Shown: one piece after another, positions 25,995-33,910 of the stretch
Layout: every line of letters begins with the position of its first letter
Position numbering within the stretch: the stretch's first letter is position 1
DNA from: Dehalococcoidia bacterium
GTDB lineage: Bacteria > Chloroflexota > Dehalococcoidia > Lucifugimonadales > CAUZJF01
DNA: 64,000 nucleotides
Direction of reading: 5' to 3'
NCBI GenBank assembly: GCA_965247255.1
Contig: CBDFGS010000009.1
Location: 416,964-480,963 of the forward strand
Notes under the pieces: model-generated
Database searches by the model: none
Told to the model about the DNA's origin: nothing
What the model saw: the letters and a program-made list of their open reading frames with translations, nothing else
Position numbers and translations under genes: made by a program

Positions 25995-28900
25995 ATGATG
26001 CAGCAGGACTACCGGATGAACGAGATCGGGCGGAGCCTACCCCGAGCCTATGAGAGGCAGACCGGCAAGCCTCGGGCTGCCAAGGATATCAATCAGCACG
26101 CCAACGACCCAAACTCGGCTATTAGTCCAGGGATTGCGGCATTCGCGACGGAATCGGATCAGCTGCCCGCCTGGGTTAGGTGGCTGACATTCGCGGTCCT
26201 TGGTGTCTTAATTGTGGGACTCTCAGTAACCGCCCAGGTGCGCAACGACTACATAGTCGCCTGGAGCCTTTCCCAAGGGATTATAGGAGAGGCGTCGACT
26301 CAGGGCCTGGGCAGCTTCCTGGCGAACTTCGCGACGGCGGGTGTCATCCTGGGCCTGGCGGTCGCCTCCCTGAGCATTCCCCCTGTAGCGCGCGCAGCGG
26401 GCTTCATGCTGCGTTCAGGACGGGTCGGAGTCAGCGGACTAGGCCTTGGAGCGTACGCCATCGCTCAGGCCATCGTCGCGCTGCTCGCACGCGTTCGGCT
26501 GGGCGTCGCCGCCGCAGTTCAGGCCATCGCGGCAGCGATGGCCCGTATCTGGCTCGTCGTCGAAGGAGTCGCTCGAGCCGTCGCGCCGGTGCTGGCCCGC
26601 GTTCGGTTGGGTGTCGCTGGGGTCATCGGCCACCTGTGGACTGGGACCGCGATCCTCCTCGGATATGTCGGTCTGGCTATTCGGGGCGTAGTCCGCGGGG
26701 TCGGCCTGGTGGTGTACTACTCGCTGGGCGGCCTCGTTATCGCGCTCTACTACTTGGTGGATGCCGTGCTTCGCTATGTGTGGCCAGTGGTGTCTAGCGC
26801 CGCGGTCCGCCTCTGGCTGGGCATCACCGTCACCGTGGGCGCCGTCTCCGCAATCATGGGTTACGGATGGCAGCGAGTCTCGGCGGCGTTGCACCAACTG
26901 CTGTTAGGGATCACGGTCATCGCCGGGGCTGTCGGCAGCGCTGTTGGCGGGACGTGGGCGATCATCGCGGTCGCGGCTGTTAATGCCAGCGCGCGGGCAA
27001 GCACAGCGGTGCGATACGTTTGGGCGCTCGTCTCCACGACTACCGCTTTGTTGGCAAGCGTCGCCGCGGCCTATTTGACTCGGCGCGGAGGTGAACTCAG
27101 CCGCAATCTGCGGTTGAGCAGTACCACCGTCGCTCGGGGCGGCCACCATGTGAGGGGTTACTCATGGTCTCGCACCGCGGCAGTGGCGGTCTTCCTGTGG
27201 CTAGGCGTCACGACTATCGCGCAGGCCGTTGGCCACCTGCTCGTGTACGCGGCGCATCGCGCTGTGGCCTTGACGGTCTTCCTCTGGCTGGGCGTCGCCA
27301 CTATCGGTCTGGGCTTTGGCGCGGTGCTCGGACACGGGTGGCACGCCGCCGGCGCACTCGCATCCTACGTGGGGCGCGCCATCTCCACCACCGCGCGGGC
27401 CGTTAACGCGGTGTTCCTGCCGGTGCGGCGGACTGTCGCGGCAATCCTACGCTACTTCGGGCGCGGTATCGCCATGATAGCTCGGGCCATTGGTGTGGTA
27501 CTCAGGGCCGCGTCGCAGAGTGGAGCTGCAGGCCTAGGCTACCTGGACCGCGGCGTGGCCGTCACAGGTCGGGCCGGCGGCACGGTGTTCTTGGCTGTGC
27601 TGCGGGCTGTGGCAGCGGTCCTGGGGTACTTCGGGCGTGGCATCGCCATCATGGCGCGGGCCGCTGGCGTGGCACTCGGCTACGTGCTGGGGATCGTGGC
27701 AGTGGTCGCGGGGTACTTTGGGCGCGGCATCGCCATGATGGCCCGGGCCGCAGGCGTGGTGCTCGCCTCGGTGCTGGGGGTCGTGGCAACGGCCGCGGGG
27801 TACTTTGGGCGCGGCATCGCCATGATGGCCAGGGCCGCAGGCGTGGTGCTCGCCTCGGTGCTGGGGGTCGTGGCAACGGTCGCGGGGTACTTTGGGCGAG
27901 GCATCGCCGTCATCGCTAGAGCTGTCGGCGCCATCCTGGGATACGCGTCGGGGTATGGCTCGTCCGTCCTGCGGCACCTGGCACTTGGAATGGCTACGCT
28001 CGGCCATCACTCTTACGTTGCTGGCGGCGTGGCGAAGAGGCAGCTTACCATCTTGCTGCGGTTGGTCTGGCTGGGCGTCTCGACCGCCGCGAGACTCTTG
28101 TGGCTCGGCGTCGCAACCTTTGCCAGCCGGGTGAGACCGCTCCTCTACTACTTGTTCATGGGCCTCTTCGCGTTCTTCGCGATAGCCGGGTGGGCGCTGT
28201 GGGCGGGGGTTTTACGGCCCCTGTGGCTGGGGGTCTCCGCGACCGCCGGTTTCCTTTGGCTGGGGGTGGCCACTATTGCGGGCCGGATATGGTTAGGAGC
28301 GTCCAAGTCCGCGTACTTCGCATGGCTGGGAATCACGACGACGGTGCTCGCTTTCGGCTGGGTGGTGTCGCGCGGCGCGACGGCCGCCGCACGCGGGCTC
28401 TGGAGAAGCGCGGCCTTTGCAGCGGGAACCTTGGGGACCGGCATATCTGCGACGCCGGACGCTGTCGGAATGGCGCTTTGGGTGGTCAAGCACCGGAAAG
28501 GGGTGTCTACATTGTCTGAATTCAACCTGACACGGGAACGAGCACTCTCCGTAATCGCGACGCTATGGGTGTTCGGTATCGGCGGTCTGATAGCTGTGGC
28601 GCTGCTGTGGCCCGGACCGCCGGAGCCGACCGTGGTCGTCGATCACTGGGTCACCGGCCACCTGTACTTCGGCGCAAATCTGCCGGATATAGCTGAGCGG
28701 TACAACGCGGCCGGCCACAGGACCGAGGCCGGCAAGCGCATCGTGGTCCAGATCCACAATGCCCCGTCATCCGAGGGAGCGCGGGCTCTGCTCGGCAGGG
28801 TTACCGGCGGGGGGCCGGCCATGGTAAACGCGGGGGCCGGGCTGCAAGAGCTGCCGGACCCCACCATCGTCACGCCTTCAGGCGCCCACTGGCTGGTAAG

Positions 28901-30446
28901 CGTCAATCACGGCGCGGGCCGCAAGGTCGTTGACCCAGACAACGCTCGGAGCCTCGCACTGGCCTACATTGGGATAATAACCTTCCGCGACATCGCGGAG
29001 TGCCTGGGCTGGCCGCAGAAGGAGATCGGCTACGCGGACATCATCGCACTGCGAAACGACCCGAGAGGGTGGAAGAGCTACTCGTGCGCCAAGCCTTCGT
29101 GGGGGACGAGGCCTCTGGTCGCCTTCACCGATCCCAGGACTTCGAGCACCGGCCGGAGCGTGCTGATCGCGCTGTACTCGATCGCCGCCGGCAAACTCCC
29201 GGGGCAGCTCACGCTGGATGACATAAAGGACCCGGCCGTCGTGAGCTACGTCGAGGGGTTCCAGCAACTCATAGACCACTACTTCATCGGCACGACCGTC
29301 ATGAACACGAAGATCTACAAGGGGGCGCGCTTCGGGCAGTTCTTCATCATGCCGGAGGACAACCTGATCCACCTCTACGAAGGCACGGCGCGGGCTAGGT
29401 TCGGGACGAAGACGCACTCGGCCCCGCCCATCAAGGACCCGATGGTCATGATCTATCCGAAAGAGGGCTCGATGGCGCGGACCAACTGCGCCTGCATCGT
29501 GGATGCCGCGTGGGTGACAGCCGAGCACGTCGAGGCCGCCGAGAAGTGGACCGACTTCCTGCTCGAAGACGAGCAACAGCGACTATTGATGGCGGCCGGC
29601 TTCAGGCCGACCGCGGGTCTCACCGTCCATGACCCGAGCAGCAAGATCACGCCACGGTTCGGACTGAACCCGGCGACACCGGCCAAGCCCCTCAACCCCG
29701 CGATGATCGCTCCTGAGGTCGCAGCCGCCATCGATGCGTCGTGGGAGGAGGTGAAGAGGCCGGGGATCATGACGTTTGTCCTCGACACGTCCGGCTCGAT
29801 GGTCGGCACCAAACTGAGGCAGGCCAAGGAGGGGCTGAACCTCGCCCTGGACAGCATGGCCAGCAACAACCAGGTTGGCTTCCTCTCATTCGGCAACACC
29901 GTCCACACCCAGTCCAGCATCCCTGTTGCCCCGCTGGCGGATGTGGGCCCGGCAATCGTGGAGGCCGTCGAGGTAATCCGGGCCCGCGGGGAGACCGCGC
30001 TCTACGACGCAGTGAAAAGGGGCATCGAGATGACGGACGCAGCCGAAGGAGACCCCGACGCCATCCGTGGCGTGGTGGTCCTCACCGACGGCCTGGCGAA
30101 CCGCGGGGCGACGCGGCTGGACGACCTCATCAAGATGTTCGATGGAGAGGCCCCCATCCGCGAGTTCGGAGGCTTCGAAGGCGATTCAGTCGCCGTTCGT
30201 AACGATGGCAGAAGCGTTCCGTTGGAAGTCACCGTGGATGGGAAGATAGTCGACAACGAGCAGTTCCGGGGCGACGGGCTGGCCATCCATACCGAGCACC
30301 GCATCCAGGTGTTCTTCATCGGCATTGGTGAGGACCTGAAGCTGACCGTTGGCCGGCTGCTCGCCGAAGCGACCTTCGCGGAGTTTCAGGGGGTAACCGA
30401 AGAGGATCTGGCCAGCTTGCTCCAGGAACTCAGCGGGTATTTCTAG
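25995..30446 (+). CDS. giant membrane protein: MMQQDYRM N-terminal module, an approximately 800-aa repetitive hydrophobic region, a periplasmic-binding-protein-like domain and a C-terminal vWA domain
   Basis: 1483-aa uninterrupted ORF with AAAAAGGAGG upstream. The hydrophobic Ala/Gly/Val/Leu/Arg-rich repeats span roughly 26150-28620. The SBP-like segment (FTDPRTSSTGRSVLIALYS...IMPEDNLIHLYEG...YPKEGSMARTNCACIVDAAW) spans roughly 28620-29740. The vWA domain with MIDAS motif DTSGSM and VVLTDGLAN spans roughly 29760-30443. Confidence 0.85.
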   Translation: MMQQDYRMNEIGRSLPRAYERQTGKPRAAKDINQHANDPNSAISPGIAAFATESDQLPAWVRWLTFAVLGVLIVGLSVTAQVRNDYIVAWSLSQGIIGEASTQGLGSFLANFATAGVILGLAVASLSIPPVARAAGFMLRSGRVGVSGLGLGAYAIAQAIVALLARVRLGVAAAVQAIAAAMARIWLVVEGVARAVAPVLARVRLGVAGVIGHLWTGTAILLGYVGLAIRGVVRGVGLVVYYSLGGLVIALYYLVDAVLRYVWPVVSSAAVRLWLGITVTVGAVSAIMGYGWQRVSAALHQLLLGITVIAGAVGSAVGGTWAIIAVAAVNASARASTAVRYVWALVSTTTALLASVAAAYLTRRGGELSRNLRLSSTTVARGGHHVRGYSWSRTAAVAVFLWLGVTTIAQAVGHLLVYAAHRAVALTVFLWLGVATIGLGFGAVLGHGWHAAGALASYVGRAISTTARAVNAVFLPVRRTVAAILRYFGRGIAMIARAIGVVLRAASQSGAAGLGYLDRGVAVTGRAGGTVFLAVLRAVAAVLGYFGRGIAIMARAAGVALGYVLGIVAVVAGYFGRGIAMMARAAGVVLASVLGVVATAAGYFGRGIAMMARAAGVVLASVLGVVATVAGYFGRGIAVIARAVGAILGYASGYGSSVLRHLALGMATLGHHSYVAGGVAKRQLTILLRLVWLGVSTAARLLWLGVATFASRVRPLLYYLFMGLFAFFAIAGWALWAGVLRPLWLGVSATAGFLWLGVATIAGRIWLGASKSAYFAWLGITTTVLAFGWVVSRGATAAARGLWRSAAFAAGTLGTGISATPDAVGMALWVVKHRKGVSTLSEFNLTRERALSVIATLWVFGIGGLIAVALLWPGPPEPTVVVDHWVTGHLYFGANLPDIAERYNAAGHRTEAGKRIVVQIHNAPSSEGARALLGRVTGGGPAMVNAGAGLQELPDPTIVTPSGAHWLVSVNHGAGRKVVDPDNARSLALAYIGIITFRDIAECLGWPQKEIGYADIIALRNDPRGWKSYSCAKPSWGTRPLVAFTDPRTSSTGRSVLIALYSIAAGKLPGQLTLDDIKDPAVVSYVEGFQQLIDHYFIGTTVMNTKIYKGARFGQFFIMPEDNLIHLYEGTARARFGTKTHSAPPIKDPMVMIYPKEGSMARTNCACIVDAAWVTAEHVEAAEKWTDFLLEDEQQRLLMAAGFRPTAGLTVHDPSSKITPRFGLNPATPAKPLNPAMIAPEVAAAIDASWEEVKRPGIMTFVLDTSGSMVGTKLRQAKEGLNLALDSMASNNQVGFLSFGNTVHTQSSIPVAPLADVGPAIVEAVEVIRARGETALYDAVKRGIEMTDAAEGDPDAIRGVVVLTDGLANRGATRLDDLIKMFDGEAPIREFGGFEGDSVAVRNDGRSVPLEVTVDGKIVDNEQFRGDGLAIHTEHRIQVFFIGIGEDLKLTVGRLLAEATFAEFQGVTEEDLASLLQELSGYF
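27449..27970 (+). repeat. six tandem 87-bp (29-aa) in-frame repeats inside the giant CDS
   Basis: Unit starts at 27449, 27536, 27623, 27710, 27797 and 27884. Units 27710-27796 and 27797-27883 differ at only 2 positions by my count. The peptide unit is GYFGRGIAMMARAAGVVLASVLGVVATAA. Confidence 0.9.
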
Positions 30447-30580
30447 ATAGAAACGGGAGAGTACTTCGCGTCTAGGGAGTCCAGACCAGGTGATCGTTGA
30501 CGCACCCGGTAGAAAGTGACCTTATACCCTTGAGGCGATGAAGAAGATCTCTAGAATGCGAACCAGGTAGGAGTTTAGCC

Positions 30581-31261
30581 ATGACAACTCGTGCTGCACT
30601 ACTGCATCCCCTCGGCGTGACGCTCTTTGTCGGCAGCTTGCTCGCGATCGCGGCGTTGAAACTACTACCGGGGCTGGAGCGCTGGGCGGCCCAGGCTCCC
30701 TGGGTCTTGGTACTCGGGTTCATAGCATACGTTGCGTCTGTGATTGCCGTGCGTATACTGCCACCGGAGGTACGCCGCGATCTTTCCGCGCCGGAGCTCC
30801 GCAAGCTCGACTCGATTCGACGGGCTATGGAAACGAAACTCAAGCAACGAGAAGCCGCGGATGGCGGCTCATCGGAGCTCACCGGCGTCGTCCTGGAGGC
30901 GATCGTGCACCTGGACGTCCAGGTCACACCGGCGCTCCAGCAACTCCTGGCGCGGCAAAAGAACCTCAGCGAGCTGCTGGCCAAATACGACCGGGGGGAG
31001 CTGCCGCTGCCTGAGCCGGCGGTCCTGGAGCGTCTTCGGCGTATTAGCTCGCGTCAACGCACGGCCATCGAAGAATGCGTGCAGCAGGCCTCCAACGCCG
31101 CCGGAACTCTCGAGGCGCTCCTCCAGGAGAGCGACGACGAGGTCATAGCATCCGAAGCCCGAGCCTGGGCCGACGATCTGCTTACGTTGTACGACTCGGT
31201 GGGTGACGTGTTGCGGGGTGAGGAAGGGCAAGGCGTGCTCGAAGACAATATGAGTAGGTGA
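30581..31261 (+). CDS. membrane-anchored coiled-coil protein (2 N-terminal TM helices), possibly XpaC/TelA-like
   Basis: 226 aa with TAGGAG upstream. Two TM helices are followed by a long helical domain (LRKLDSIRRAMETKLKQREA...LQQLLARQKNLSELLAKYD...). The family assignment is tentative. Confidence 0.6.
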   Translation: MTTRAALLHPLGVTLFVGSLLAIAALKLLPGLERWAAQAPWVLVLGFIAYVASVIAVRILPPEVRRDLSAPELRKLDSIRRAMETKLKQREAADGGSSELTGVVLEAIVHLDVQVTPALQQLLARQKNLSELLAKYDRGELPLPEPAVLERLRRISSRQRTAIEECVQQASNAAGTLEALLQESDDEVIASEARAWADDLLTLYDSVGDVLRGEEGQGVLEDNMSR

Positions 31262-31269
31262 GCTAATCT

Positions 31270-31304
31270 GGGCGGGGCAAGAGTCCATGTCTCTTGTCCC
31301 GCCC
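31270..31304 (+). terminator. GC-rich hairpin after the vWA operon (no clear U-tract)
   Basis: GGGCGGGGCAAGAG-TCCATGT-CTCTTGTCCCGCCC. Confidence 0.4.
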
Positions 31305-31325
31305 GCGGGCATGCGAGCTTCAGGT

Positions 31326-31347
31326 GGGCGCGGCAAGCAGCGCCCCC
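31326..31347. repeat. REP hairpin family GCGCGGCAAGCAGCGCC
   Basis: GGGCGCGGCAAGCAGCGCCCCC. Confidence 0.75.
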
Positions 31348-31421
31348 ACTGGTTGTTTTTCGTGGGCAACGCACCCCGTCTTAACCTCGTCTTTCCTCGA
31401 TGCGGTAGGTATAATCGAAGC

Positions 31422-32432
31422 ATGAGCAAGAGCGAGAGGCCCCTGGTCGCCATCACCATGGGCGACCCTGCCGGGGTAGGGGCTGAGGTCACGGTAAAGG
31501 CGCTTGACGACGCCGGCGTGTACGAGAGATGCCGCCCGTTCGTCGTCGGCAACATCGACGCGATACGGGACGCCCAGCGCTTCGTTGGGAACGGCGGCGC
31601 TGCTCAAGGCGTCCGCTCGCTAGAGCATATAGCCGGGCATGCCGGCACCGTCGAGGTGTTCGACCCGGGCAACCTCGACTACGGCGACATAACCCTTGGG
31701 CGTTTATCGGCTGCGGCCGGCAAGGCCTCCGTCGAGTGGATCATCCAGGCGGGCGAGATGGCGACCAGCGGAGGCGTCCAGGCGATCGTGACCGCGCCTA
31801 TTAACAAGGAGGCGTGCAGTCTGGCGGGCTACCAGGACATCGGCCACATGGAGCTGCTCCAGCGGCAGACCGGCGCGAAGGAAGTCGCCACGATGCTCAT
31901 CGCCGAGGGTCTCCGCGTCGTGCACCTGACCACCCACAAGTCAATGCGCGTCGCCTGCGACTTCGTGACCAAAGCCAACGTGCTCTCTGCGATATTGCTC
32001 ACATCGAGGTATTTTCAGCAGTGGGGTTTCGAGGCGCCTCGCATAGGAGTCGCCGCGCTGAACCCGCATGCCAGCGATGGGGGGCTCATCGGGGACGAGG
32101 AGGAGCGGGAGATCGCACCGGCTATAGCCGAGGCGCGCGCCCAGGACGTCGAGGCGATCGGACCAGTGCCTGCCGATACGATATTCAACCAGGCGATCGA
32201 CGGTATGTACGACGCCGTGCTGGCCATGTACCACGACCAGGGGCACATACCCATCAAGGTGCACAACTGGGCCAAGAGTATTACGCTCAATATGGGGCTG
32301 CCCTTCATCCGTACCTCGGTCGACCACGGTACCGCCTTCGACATCGCCGGCAAGGGCATAGCCGATCACGAGAGCATGGTGGAGGCGATCCGAGTGGCCG
32401 TGGACCTGGTCAGCGAAGGCAAGCTGCGATAA
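31422..32432 (+). CDS. pdxA: 4-hydroxythreonine-4-phosphate dehydrogenase family (PdxA/PdxA2)
   Basis: 336 aa: ITMGDPAGVGAEV...VTAPINKEA...LNPHASDGG...DHGTAFDIAGKG. I start at the ATG at 31422, because the track ORF from 31287 runs through a REP hairpin. Confidence 0.85.
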   Translation: MSKSERPLVAITMGDPAGVGAEVTVKALDDAGVYERCRPFVVGNIDAIRDAQRFVGNGGAAQGVRSLEHIAGHAGTVEVFDPGNLDYGDITLGRLSAAAGKASVEWIIQAGEMATSGGVQAIVTAPINKEACSLAGYQDIGHMELLQRQTGAKEVATMLIAEGLRVVHLTTHKSMRVACDFVTKANVLSAILLTSRYFQQWGFEAPRIGVAALNPHASDGGLIGDEEEREIAPAIAEARAQDVEAIGPVPADTIFNQAIDGMYDAVLAMYHDQGHIPIKVHNWAKSITLNMGLPFIRTSVDHGTAFDIAGKGIADHESMVEAIRVAVDLVSEGKLR

Positions 32433-33238
32433 TGCGGACCTCATTCATCGGCGGCGGCGTGATGGCCGAGGCGATCCTCGGAGGCGTCCTGGATGCGGAG
32501 ATCGCGTCGCCCTCCGACGTAACGGTCGGCGAGCCCGTCGAGGCGCGGCGTGCTCACCTTGCTCGCAAGTACGGCGTGGAGGCGGTGTCCGACAATCTGG
32601 CTGCTCTAAGCGGCGCAGGGATCGTCGTGCTCGCGGTCAAGCCTCAGAACCTCGACGAGGTCATGCGCACATTAAAGGGGAACCTGGAACCGGCCCAGGT
32701 GGCCATCTCGATCGTCGCCGGCGCCAAGCTGAAAACGCTGACCGAGGGGCTGGGCCATCCGATGGTTGTCAGGGTGATGCCCAACACCCCCGCCCAGATA
32801 CGGGCTGGGATGACAGTGTGGACCGCATCACCGGAGGTCTCGGAGGATAAGCTAGCCGCGACGGGAGAGATCCTCCGCACCCTGGGCGCGGAGGTATTCG
32901 TCTCGGACGAGAAGCTGATGGACATGGCCACCGCCCTCAGCGCCAGCGGCCCCGCGTACGTCTTCCTGTTCATCGAGGCGCTGATCGACTCAGGCGTCTA
33001 CATGGGGATGCCACGCGACATGGCAAGAGAGTTAGTGCTCGAGACGGTAATCGGTAGTGCCAGGTTCGCGAAGGAGTCCGGCGGGCATCCCGGCGAGCTG
33101 AAGGACATGGTGTCGTCGCCGGGCGGGGGCACGGTCGAAGCGCTCAAGGTCTTCGAGCAGCGCGCCTTCCACGGCGCGGTTATAGATGCGGTGTACGCCG
33201 CTTACAAGAAGTACCAGGCGCTGGGGAGACAGGGTTGA
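32432..33238 (+). CDS. proC: pyrroline-5-carboxylate reductase
   Basis: 268 aa: FIGGGVMAEAIL...LAVKPQ...VRVMPNTPA...SASGPAYVF...SPGGGT. TAATG overlap with pdxA. The first 206 aa of the 474-aa track ORF are an out-of-frame shadow of pdxA. Confidence 0.9.
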   Translation: MRTSFIGGGVMAEAILGGVLDAEIASPSDVTVGEPVEARRAHLARKYGVEAVSDNLAALSGAGIVVLAVKPQNLDEVMRTLKGNLEPAQVAISIVAGAKLKTLTEGLGHPMVVRVMPNTPAQIRAGMTVWTASPEVSEDKLAATGEILRTLGAEVFVSDEKLMDMATALSASGPAYVFLFIEALIDSGVYMGMPRDMARELVLETVIGSARFAKESGGHPGELKDMVSSPGGGTVEALKVFEQRAFHGAVIDAVYAAYKKYQALGRQG

Positions 33239-33489
33239 CTGGCTTCCTCATTCTTTTTGTCAACTTGCTGTTCCAGGCACTTTGGCTGGCCATCCTTGGT
33301 CGTGTGCTGATGTCTTGGATCTCGCCCGGTCGCGAGAACCCCCTGACCCTGTTACTGTTTCAGATCACCGAGCCGATACTTGGTCCTTTGCGCCGGGTCA
33401 TACCGCCAATGGGCACGTTCGACTTGAGTCCCATGGTCGCTCTGTTCGGGATTCAATTCATTCGAGAGATTCTGGTCAAATCCCTTTAG
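33235..33489 (+). CDS. YggT family membrane protein
   Basis: 84 aa: ILGRVLMSWISP...NPLTLLLFQITEPILGPLRRVIPPMG.FDLSPMV. Confidence 0.85.
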   Translation: MTGFLILFVNLLFQALWLAILGRVLMSWISPGRENPLTLLLFQITEPILGPLRRVIPPMGTFDLSPMVALFGIQFIREILVKSL

Positions 33490-33730
33490 CGCCAAGTCTG
33501 TCGGCGACATCCCGGACCCGAAGACCCTTTATCTCCACTACCTTATCCCTGCTGCGCTGGCCGCGCACTATCTCGATGCTGCCTTTGGGCACGCCGAGCC
33601 GGTCGGCCAGCAACCCGATCGCCGCCTTGTTGGCCTTGCCGCGTTCCGGCGGAGCCGTCACGTGCACCCTGAGCCGTAGACCGTCGATTAGATCGATCGT
33701 GTTGCTGCCGGCCCTTGGGTGGACTCTCAT
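33476..33730 (-). CDS. DUF167 (YggU) family protein
   Basis: 84 aa: RVHVTAPPERGKANKAAIGLLADRLGVPKGSIEIVRGQRSRDKVVEI. Confidence 0.8.
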   Translation of the reverse strand: MRVHPRAGSNTIDLIDGLRLRVHVTAPPERGKANKAAIGLLADRLGVPKGSIEIVRGQRSRDKVVEIKGLRVRDVADRLGAKGI

Positions 33731-33841
33731 CTCGATGCGGGCGACTTTGGCGCTAATTCTCCAGACCTCCTGGCTGGGATAATGGCGGGCGCAGCTATCA
33801 ACGTGAGCTACCGCGTGCCGTTTTCTGGCACCTGGAAGAAT

Positions 33842-33882
33842 ACCTCACCCCCGGCCCCTCTCGGCATTTGCGGAGAGGGGGG
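33842..33882. repeat. REP family CCTCACCCCCGGCCCCTCTC-N-GAGAGGGG
   Basis: Same family as 9597-9637. Confidence 0.8.
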
Positions 33883-33910
33883 AGGGATGGTGAAAACACT
33901 AGGGGCACTC

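Noticed and set aside
19641-27970. CRISPR array interpretation of the tandem repeats at 19641-19900, 22903-23172 and 27449-27970
   Set aside because: There are no short conserved repeats alternating with unique spacers. The units are directly abutting (87-bp coding repeats or a 135-bp duplication) or REP hairpins, and no cas genes lie nearby.
31814-32431. N-terminal 206 aa of the 474-aa ORF 31814-33238
   Set aside because: This part is an out-of-frame overlap with pdxA and has an Arg-rich nonsense composition. ProC homology begins exactly at the ATG at 32432.
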